DNA of 64,000 nucleotides, the filler included, from Basidioascus undulatus (lineage: Eukaryota): the NCBI GenBank assembly GCA_000826855.1. It is 12 parts of 12 records of this genome, joined end to end, with 100 filler letters (N's around TTAATTAATTAA, not from the genome) between each part and the next. Parts side by side here need not be neighbours in the genome. Positions count along the whole stretch, not along the records: positions 53,929 to 59,189 come from JTLS01001972.1; positions 59,290 to 64,000 come from JTLS01002089.1; 10 more parts are not named here. One strand, given 5' to 3'. Position numbers and translations under genes: made by a program. Shown here piece after piece: positions 54,960 to 64,000 of the stretch. Position 1 is the stretch's first letter. Each line of letters begins with the position of its first letter. The notes beneath the pieces are model-generated. The model had not been told where the DNA came from and searched no databases. It saw nothing but the letters and a program-made list of their open reading frames with translations.

Positions 54960-55291
54960 CGGCGCTCATTAGCCCTTCTTGCTGTGCTTAGCGTAGTGGC
55001 GCTAATCCCACCGTTCCGCGACGAACAGGCCCCACCTCCCGCAAGTGAGCTTCCCATTCTCGTTCACAGCCCAAACCGAATGCCATGATACGCACATCCT
55101 CCCAGCTGTCGGTAACGCCACCCTTAGCAGGTTCCATGAAGGAGTGCAACTTGCGTGCGGCGGACGTTTCCGGCCCCCTTGGAGCTGACTCCGGACTGGT
55201 CGAGCTGCTGGTCGGTGATCTTGCCCGACTTGTGGTGGGCTGTCGTCTGGTAGGCTGCGATATCTTGGAGCGAGGGAAGCTTGTCAGGCAT
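54960..55291 (-). CDS. Possible small hydrophilic protein with short exons (3' end uncertain)
   Basis: MPDKLPSLQDIAAYQTTAHHKSGKITDQQLDQSGVSSKGAGN, followed by GTCCGC and GTGCGT donor-like sites. Confidence 0.3.
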
Positions 55292-56690
55292 GCTTGAGGG
55301 ACTGCGTGGCGCTCGTGAGATAATGGTGGGGAGTGGGCGTGGGTGACGGTGAGTATTAGGAATGAGGGCGAGTGCAGGTGCGAGATGTTGACAACGACAA
55401 CGGGCACAGCATCTGCATCCGCAAATTCCGTTGAGTAACAGATCCGTTGGATTTGCAGCCGGGAAGGCCTGCCAGCTCACCGACCGAGATCATGAGTTGG
55501 AGGAATACTGTTAGTGGGAACGGTTGTTTGAGATTCTCTGAAAAGAAGGTTAGCCGCTCCCTCGAGCGCCAAAATGCTTCTAGCAACGAACGAGAAGTGA
55601 AAGACGACGTCGTGCGTGGAAGGCAGCACCTCAAAGGAAGCGGTGGCACCCGGAGGTGCACCAACCAACGAACAGAAAGTAATCGAGTGCTAAGGGGCCC
55701 CCATGAACAAATAAAACGGTGTATACGACGGCACCCGGAGAACAGGCAGTGCGCAAAGGCACCCGGAAGTAAGTATCGAAGGCGGTGCACTGCATTGGAG
55801 GCGCTTGAAAGAAGTAGAGCGACAGTGCGCTGCAGGTCGGAGATCTACACGAGAGGGGGGCGAGAGAGAGGTTAGAGTGAGATCGGTGGGGAGAGAGGCA
55901 ATGAGGTGGTGGGGAAAGAAGAAGAGTGGGAGAGCGACGCGAGAGGGCGGCGAGGCGAGTGCAGAAGCGGATGAGAGAGGAACGGCACGCGCTATCTCAT
56001 GTCTTGGTGCCAGTCTGCGCTCGAAGCTGTCCGAAGAAGAATAAATACTCGAAATAGTCTTTTGACGGGGAATTGGACGCTACTGGCGGGGGAAAGCGGT
56101 CGGAGGAGCTGTGGATCTGAATCATTCGGTCTGTCTATAGTAATGTAACGGCTGACAACGTGAAGATACAGGATCATGGGCACTGACCCAAGTCCTACCT
56201 TCCACGAGATTTTGAATTACACCTCCCTGATACTTCAGCAGAGCGGTGATTTGTGGGTCACAGTCAAAGACTCGAAGTACAACTTTGTCCAATGACGCTA
56301 CCGCGTACCGTGGCTCCGAGTGTGGGTTGCTCAGCAGACCCCTATACTCAAGAGCTGGGAATTTATCAGGATTCCCTAATGATCTGGTAACTGCAAAGTG
56401 TAGAATGGGTGATAGGTATTCTAAAGCTGTTTCAAGGTAGAGGCGAAAGAACGGCGATATATGTAGTGAGTGCAGCGTAGGTCCATGTATCAATCGAAAA
56501 CAATGAGAGGGTGGTATTAAGAGACTGCTCCTTTAGTAATAAACGGGAATTATTGAAACCTCAAGTCCGCTTAGGCAAAGAGCCATCGCGATGAAAAGAA
56601 CATTCTGCCTTGTTTCTGCTTGCTATGTTACAAAATCATTATCATTCGGCCTAGTTCATCACCAGCAAGCATAAGAGAGCGGTAGTTGAG

Positions 56691-56763
56691 ATCAGGGGGT
56701 TGCAGGTTCGATCCCTGCGTCGGTCACGGCCGGCTGGCTCAATGGTAGAGTATCTGACTACGA
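56691..56763 (+). tRNA. Circularly permuted tRNA-Arg(ACG): 3' half 56691-56726, 1-nt linker 56727, 5' half 56728-56763
   Basis: A TCAGG GGGTT GCAGG TTCGATC CCTGC GTCGGTC A - C - GGCCGGC TG GCTC AATGGTA GAGT A TCTGA CT ACG A. The re-ordered halves give a full 72-nt cloverleaf with all four stems paired (some G-U pairs). Confidence 0.92.
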
Positions 56764-56765
56764 CA

Positions 56766-56770
56766 TTTTT
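56766..56770 (+). terminator. RNA polymerase III oligo-dT terminator
   Basis: T5 run 2 nt after the end of the tRNA 5' half. Confidence 0.65.
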
Positions 56771-57975
56771 GCGTCTTCACTTGCAGTGACTGAGAAACAC
56801 TGACTGTTTTGCCCGCGAAGGGCAAGACGGCGCTCCGCGTCTCCAGGTTGTCTCCAGGTGCATGCCAGCTGCAGTTGCTGTAAGTCGAGGACGTCCGCAG
56901 GGATGACCTGGACGCTGGTTTGCATAGCAGAGATCGAAAACAGCCTATATAAAAAGCCAGCATTTGATCTGAGGTTTCAAGTATCTCCTGGTGAATTGGA
57001 GTCTAGAAGGAAAGAAGCAACAGAGCTGGAAAGCTGCAAACTGATCTGTGTGCCTGCAAGCCACACTTTCAACTGCACAAGCAAATGAATGCCAGGTAAT
57101 GCTCGGGTCCAGGTACTCCTTGTCAGCCAAAATCTTTCTCGCCCATGGTGGTGATCTTGGTGTCAGACCTGAAGGCAAGTAGGACGACAACCAACACCCC
57201 TGAAGGCTTCGGCTGCTGCTTGGACAACATCAGTCCTATGCAAACATCCGGGGCCCAACCTAGCTGAGCCCTTTCCATCTTACCACAATCTCACCAGGTC
57301 GAACTGTTTACTCTCAGTATGATGAGACCGTCGCCGAGCGATGTTCAGCTCGTTCCTTGGTGAATCAGCAACAAGTCACGCTCAATCGTAAAGTCAAGAT
57401 GTTCTTGTGATAGTGTTTTTGGTGGGTATGCCACAGCATCAAACTGTTGCATTGTTTACAATATGCTGCGATGCAGAAATTTCCCAAAGCAGAGGTAAGT
57501 GGCGTTGAAAGTTGGCGTCGAGTAGTCTCACAATATCAGACGGACTGCTGCCCACGCGGCCTTCGAAGTGAGAGCCGAAAGAGATACGAAGGCTGTCGGA
57601 GCTAGGAGCAAACTCCATATATAGTCGGGCCCACCGCGCCGCCCTCAGATTATTGTCTTAGAGTTTTGCACTATCGCCGATGACTTGATTCCTCGGCTGG
57701 CTCACTTTGCGGGCAGAACGTCTGACATATGAGACTAGACGTTGAGGCTGAATGTGAGACAACCCATGTGAGAGCCCGGGTAGCGTCCGTGGACGCGCGG
57801 AGGACGGTCGGGCGAGCGAGCCCAAAGCACTTGTCTGCCTGCCCCTCGGCCCTCGCGTTGGCATCAACGTCCTTCTCGCAGCCTACACCGCCCACACTGA
57901 CACATACACGACTCTCATTATCTTTCATTTAGCTCAACCCCAGATACAATCCGCCCTAGCGCCGTTGCGCGGGCC

Positions 57976-59189
57976 ATGGCTTCTCATCCCAAAACCCCCC
58001 TGGCCTCACGCCTGCCGACCTCCAGCTCACCCTCGGGCTTGCCCACACCCAGCGGGATTCCTGCTCCGGGCAGGCGAAAGAGCCTCGGGCCCGAGGCTGC
58101 GCCGCCTTTGAATGGCGCGACCGGGCCGGAGGCGATGCGCGAGCTGGGGATTGCTATGGGCAGGAGCGATCTGAGGCAGCTGGACGGCGGTGAGTTGACT
58201 TCCAATCACTAGTTTGCTCATCTGCGAAGGTCTTTCATGGTGCTCTTGGAGAAGCTGTATGGTGCTGGGTCTAAATTCAGCATATGCTGGAGAGGGGCTG
58301 CTGAGCGGACGGCGCAGCACCGGCCAGCACCCGTACCCTTCCGCCATGTTCTGACAAGCATGACCTTCCCCATGCAAACAGGTCTCCGTCGCCCCTCCTC
58401 TTCAACCTCTCGGCGCCCCTCGTCCGCTCTCTCTTCGGCATCCTCTATCCCAGGCTCGACCTCCTCTCCCACCTCCACGCACGCACCGACCTTCCCCACC
58501 CCGCGTACACCCTCCGGCCTTCCGCCCCCGCGCGCCCGCACGCCCACAGCGACCTCGACCCCCTCTCGCTCGCACATCACGCCCAAGCGCGGCTCCGTCG
58601 CGCACCGCCCGCCCTCTCGGCTGCGGCATGAGGCGGAGCGCGATTTCGAGCCGGGCGACCAGGTCCGCGTGGAGAGCCTCGGCATGGAGGGCACGCTGCG
58701 GTACATCGGCGAGGTCGACTTTAAGGACGGAATCTGGGCCGGCGTGGAGCTCTCGGGTGGATTTGCTGGGAGGGGAAAGAATAATGGGAGTGTTGCTGGG
58801 TGAGTCTCTCCGAGCATGATCTGCTTCCGACCATGGAGCTCTGACCTGGAGGCTCTGAACAGCCGGCAATACTTTACCTGCGCCTCCAACTGTGGGATCT
58901 TCGTCCCGGCCGCCAAGCTCTCTTCTGTGGCTCTCCGGCCTCCCTCCTCCCTCTCATCCTACCGCGCCGCAACGCCCACAGGGCGCACCACACCGTCGCT
59001 CGCGCGTCCCACCCCATCCTCCTCCTCCGCCTCCGCAGCACGCAAGACCAAGACCTCGCTCGAAGCGCAAGCCCTCGAGAACAAGATCCAGCCAGGCTCG
59101 CGCGCGAGCAAGTACTTGGGCATGACGGCCTCGCAGCTGCGGGAGCCGACGACGCCCAAGGCCCCCACGCGCGCACCGTCTTCAACCAT
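57976..59189 (+). CDS. CAP-Gly domain protein (CLIP-170/Bik1/Tip1-like), 3'-truncated
   Basis: FEPGDQVRVESLGMEGTLRYIGEVDFKDGIWAGVELSGGFAGRGKNNGSVAG-RQYFTCASNCGIFV, flanked by Ser/Pro/Arg-rich tracts. Confidence 0.9.
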
Positions 59190-60354
59190 NNNNNNNNNNN
59201 NNNNNNNNNNNNNNNNNNNNNNNNNNNNNNNNNTTAATTAATTAANNNNNNNNNNNNNNNNNNNNNNNNNNNNNNNNNNNNNNNNNNNNCCCCACGCTGC
59301 ATGAGTCCTGGTATTCGATGCATGTTAGGGTCTCTCCGGGCCGTGAGGACTTTTCGAGCGCTTCCTGTCTCGACCGTTCCACTATGAGGGTGAGCTGCTC
59401 GTCTGCTCATCGGGTCATTGTCGTCCGTAGTCGAGTTTTTCAATTTCTGCGTATATCCCAACTTGAAGGATCCACTTAGATCCACTCGTGTTCCCATTGA
59501 TATTTACACTTGTGCGGAACGTGGTGGGGTGGCGATCCGCGAAGCTCAGCGGCTTTCGAGCAGAGCTCTTTTCCACCGGATCTGCTACTACAGTCCGGCA
59601 TCTTTCAAGTAACACAATGTTGAAACAGTCCCTTCTACCTCAAGTGCTCTCCTTCAGTTTGCGTTCGCATTGAGGAGCCCCTGCAACGTCGCGCTCAATT
59701 GTTATGAGCCACAAGGCTTGTTTTGTGTTTGTCCTGAACGTTGCTACTGACCCCTTTGTGGCTTTGTTTCCCGAGTAAGTGCAAAAATGTTGATATTATT
59801 ATCTCTTTCTCCCCTACTAGGTGTGTACGGGAAACAATTTCCGGATGCTCATGAGGGTTTGCCGTTGTGCAAGATGATCTCTGCAGGACGACGACCGACT
59901 CGGTTCCCATATGTATAGCTTTTCATAGGCTTAATAGAACGTTTATATCCCACAGAACCTCTTCGTAGCACGACGTGCACTTATCCAAGCTGCCGTTCGC
60001 TAACCGTACGAATTGATCTTCGTGCAGATGCCCAGTGCGGACATACTGTCGATAATAGGGACAACCGCTGACATTCTGTGCCTGACATGAAATGTTATTT
60101 TATTTCTGTCCGGGGGTGACTTCTGAACAGCGGGTGTTGCGCAGCCACCAGGTCGATGGTTGCCATGGAGATTTCGACGCCGTATCGATAACTTCGTGCT
60201 TTGAATACCATGCAGGTTCTCCACTTGCTTCCTCAAACTCTCTTCTCGTTGCTCTGTCCGCCTACCCATCGCATTATATGACTTCCATCGTCTCAGCTTC
60301 GCGACCTTGCACTGCTAATCCCAACTACAGCATCAGCGCAAAGGTCACATCGCG

Positions 60355-60844
60355 ATGGCCACAGCTACAGCTCTTTTGACTCTGGCCACTTTCGCGGGCG
60401 GGTTCACGTACACGAAGGTGCTCGATAAGCCCGACGCCTTTCTGCCTGTCGGCTCCCCTCGTCTGCTGGCATTCGTTTTCGACCTTTCCGTTTTTACCCT
60501 CATCTTCTGCTTCTGCAGCCTGTTTATCGTGAGGGGGCTTCCGGAACATTCCTACTTACAGAAAAGGCGCGACTGTCTCAGCAGCGTTCTCTTGATCCTC
60601 GCCGGCCTTGCTCTTGTGGATGGTTTTAGCTTGCTCGTGGCGGCTCTTTGTAAAAGTCAGCAAACTGAATGACAACGGGCTCCTCGGTGCAGCCATTTTT
60701 TGGGTCGCTATGCTATCCACTGGGGCCATTCTCGCCGCAATCCTCTGGGCCTGTGAGGTGGGCGTTGTTCTGAATCCTCGGGATGCAGAAGCTGCACACA
60801 CCCCTGGGGGAACTGCAGATGAAGGCCCCCTGACCAGCTCCTGA
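60355..60844 (+). pseudogene. Multi-pass membrane protein fragment with an apparent frameshift near 60650
   Basis: ATALLTLATFAGGFT and two further TM segments in one frame; a fourth TM segment (GLLGAAIFWVAMLSTGAILAAILWA) continues in another frame. Confidence 0.4.
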
Positions 60845-63721
60845 AGACGCCGGTCATCCCCCCTCTACTTCAGCCGGCGACACCTCTGACAGTACCGCCA
60901 GTCTCATGTTGGCAGCCCCGCCATCGTGGGCTCTGAAGCGCCTGGTGATGAGCTGGATTAACATCCCGAACAGTGCCGCACCTTTGCTCACTCCTGAGAG
61001 TTCTCAGTATCCTGAGGGGGTGGGCTCAGAATAACCCAGCAGTTCCCAAGGTAACCACGTGGGGGAGGGCCGGTAATCAGGGTCGGTAATCGAGCAGGCG
61101 GCGCGGTACACATCTTGATGCTGACCAGGAACAGGTTGAAAGTATTGAGTGGGTGCTTTTTTTTGGTTCTGGGAGTTTTAAGCTGGCCGAAGTAATATTG
61201 CAGTTGATGCATGAGCAAGCCAGAACAACATGTGAACGTGTATCGAACTGTGCGCCTGCTGCAGGCGTAGTGTGTCAAGGATTAAAACAACTCTTAGGAT
61301 CAGTATCGGATTGCACGTTTTGTGGATGTCTTTAATCTCTCTGGTATGGGGTCCTAGTTTCGGTTGACCTGCAAACGCAGCTCAGCGGTAAGAGGCACCG
61401 AGGAGGACGCTGCGTTGAGGCCTCCTGCGACCTGCCGCGTTTCGTGATGGGCGCTTCCCAGAATGAACTGGACTGGATGTCAGAAATCACTTTAATTAAG
61501 GGGATGACTTATTCAAGAAGGCGCTCGTTGAGCTCACCTGTTGGGGCACTACTGCGCCTCACCCGACTCGCCTTAAACATTGTTTCGCACCCGCACTCGG
61601 TCCAGTCTTCGATATGTTTTTCGATGAATGACGAGTGGTATTTGATTCTAGATCACGTAGTCGCGCTGCTCCGTTGACACGAATAGCTTGATTCTGTCAG
61701 CCATTTACACGTTGTCTGCCACCAACATCTAACCGCCATGGTTAGCGAGAGTATTTGTCAGTGCTCGTGCTCAGATAAGTCTACTAGAATTGACTGCATG
61801 GAGCTCAATTACAGTGGGAACCCTCGCAAGCAAATAGGATTTTCGATGGACATGCATGCGTAAAATAAGTCTTGGCTCGGTCGGGGCAGTACATCAAGGG
61901 TAACAGGATAGGCGAGGTACAGAACGTCTTCACGACTACAGATCAAAACCAAGCAGTCTCCGCGAGAAGAGTGAGTGAAATAAAGAGTTCGGGCAGTCTC
62001 CAGCACTGCTCTCGATACGCGTTAAGGGCGGTGGTTGTGAGGAGCCCAGCTATCGCGTTCTCCATACGATGCCAGGACGTCGTGCTCAAACGTGCTGTAT
62101 GGCACGGGCGCTGCGCGAGGCGGGCGCGAGCTCGGCATGTACGCCGCCGGCTGAGGCGAGACGGGCGAGGTCGGGAATGAAGCGACCGGTGGGGAAGGGA
62201 GGGTCCAGTCCGCGGCCGCGTCGTCAGCATGGGACGAATAGGTACTGGACGAGGTGGACAGGTGCTTGTCCGTCTGTTCGGCGCGCAAATGCTGAGGGAT
62301 AGCAGAGGCGACTTGAGCGCCGTCCGCGGGCTCGGCGGACCAGGAAGAACGGAGCGGCGACGAGCGGACAGGGGACACGATCGGGGGAGAGGCGGAAAGC
62401 GGCGACGGTTTGGCGGGACGGAAGGGGGTGGTTGGTGTGCGGGGCTGGGGATAGGGCAGGGCGCGGCAGAGTGGGTGTCCGCCTCGTGACGATGTGAGAG
62501 GGGCGGGGAAACGCCGTATTAAGGGTTGCGGGTTTACTTTGACGAGCCAGTGATCGTGGGCTTTATCTCCCGCGCTTTTCTGCTTCGACACTGATATGCT
62601 CGCGCTCGCGATCCTCATAGGTTCACATGGGCCGAGGTACCTGACCCGCTGCGCTCGCTCGACTGCCATCCGTCTTTGGTTCCCCGCAGACCTGTCTCGT
62701 GCTGTCGCGCTCGCGCCCAGCGCTCGCTCACTCATACGCTCACGTTTACTCCCTCATGCCCCTTACATTTTCCGCTCGTCGCTCTGGCTGGAGACATCCA
62801 TGCCCTCTGTCCTGCCCTCGCACTAGTTGGTTCCGTACCGAGCTAGCTACCCAGCCCCCGGCTCGATATCGCGCATTTTGTATGATGCCCCAGCGATACC
62901 CGCGCTCAGTTAGCCATCTATCCCGCTCCTGACGTGCTGGGTGGTGTCCAGTTTAACGCTCCATATTAAAACCGTGGACGGAAGACCCAACTCATGGCCC
63001 TCTGCCTTGCGCGTCACGCCCATTCACGCACTCACGCACTCACGCATTCGCGCTTTGCGGGACGTTCTTTCACGCTCTCGGTGGCGGATTGCCCGATTTC
63101 GTCCCTTTGCGTCGAACCTCACTTTGTTTTATTTTTTCCGACGGCAGAAGCATCTCTCGCACTCGGCTTCTTTCCTCTCCCCGAAGCGCCCTCGTACAGG
63201 CAGGCAGACTGTCTGGCTGTTCCAACAATCGTTCATGCGATGCTCGATGCCCGGTTCTCCATGGTACGCGGGGGTCAGGCCGTTTACTCCAAAGCGGTTC
63301 ACCTGTTGTTCGATCCTCCACGAGTCGGGCAGGTCATGCTGGACGGGGAGCGCAGGGAAGTTACAAGTCGAACAGGACGGGGAAGGAAAGATCATTGAAG
63401 TGCAAGTGTTCATATTGGGGAGCAGTCAGGCCCGAACTGGTTGGAGGAGCCCACAAAGCTGGCGATCCAGCGGCAGACCGCGTTGCGCAGAGACTTCAGG
63501 ATCGATCAGATTGGGTATTTGTTTCTAGCTATGCGGTACATGTGGGGCAATGAAGGAGAAACAAGCGAGATGCGATGCAATGCGGTGGATTGTTGTTTAA
63601 CGTGATGACGACCCCGTGTTGGCGAATGGTTGCAGGGATGCGAGGTGAGTATGGGAGGAAATGGCGGGGGAATATGGCGGAACCAGAGAGGACTGATCAA
63701 ACAGCTAGGCGGTGCGCAGAA

Positions 63722-63944
63722 CTAGAACCTGGCGCATGGATTGACAAGAGGGGTGTGCTGGACGTCCGGATCCTGCTCCTCGATCTCGCTGGGCTTGAAG
63801 CCGAAGATGTACTCATACAGAAACGTCCCCGGGGCCGCGTATTTCTCATACTGAGCCGGGAGGTGGAGGAGCATCGTGGCGAAGCCGCGAGTGGTGTGGG
63901 GATGAGGAGCGTAGGCGCGGTCGTGAACGAGGAACGTCGGTAAC
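63722..63944 (-). CDS. Last exon of an unidentified gene that continues beyond the window
   Basis: Pyrimidine-rich intron end with CAG acceptor, then a coding-like frame ...YAAPGTFLYEYIFGFKPSEIEEQDPDVQHTPLVNPCARF*. Confidence 0.45.
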
Positions 63945-64000
63945 TGTTGAGGAAAGTGAGAGGGAAGTCTTCCAGGGGGAAAAGAGGACCCCCCCCCCCC

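Noticed and set aside
56645..56726. Conventional intron-containing tRNA using an upstream 5' half
   Set aside because: The upstream sequence cannot supply an acceptor strand complementary to GTCGGTC, a D stem, or the TCTGA anticodon strand; only the downstream half does.

Overview
This window is not one locus. It is 12 short contigs (about 5.3 kb each, decreasing in length) joined by 100-nt artificial spacers (N44-TTAATTAATTAA-N44), so adjacency across spacers has no biological meaning. The DNA is from a GC-rich, intron-dense fungus, most likely a basidiomycete (GT/GC-AG introns, CTRAC-like branch sites, gene repertoire). Recognisable genes: RNase T2, UBA1, a stomatin-like protein, CSN5/RRI1, SHY1/SURF1, a secreted GH5 glucanase, a WD40 protein, a J-domain protein, LYS1, DPS1, APC5, an ACBP-ankyrin protein, KOG1/Raptor, NVJ2-like, SPC2, UTP13 and a CAP-Gly protein. 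There are also CpG-depleted relics, probably of transposons, and pseudogene fragments. The main result is a circularly permuted tRNA-Arg(ACG) gene in two copies on different contigs (56691-56763 complete; 27040-27097 cut by the contig edge). In each, the 3' half precedes the 5' half, separated by one nucleotide, and an oligo-dT Pol III terminator follows the anticodon. I know permuted tRNA genes from some unicellular algae, a chlorarachniophyte nucleomorph and a crenarchaeon, but not from fungi. The other tRNAs are also unusual: tRNA-Leu(CAA) appears to have its intron at 36/37, and both Leu(CAA) and the two identical Phe(GAA) genes carry an A31-C39 mismatch. Exon boundaries were read by eye and are approximate.
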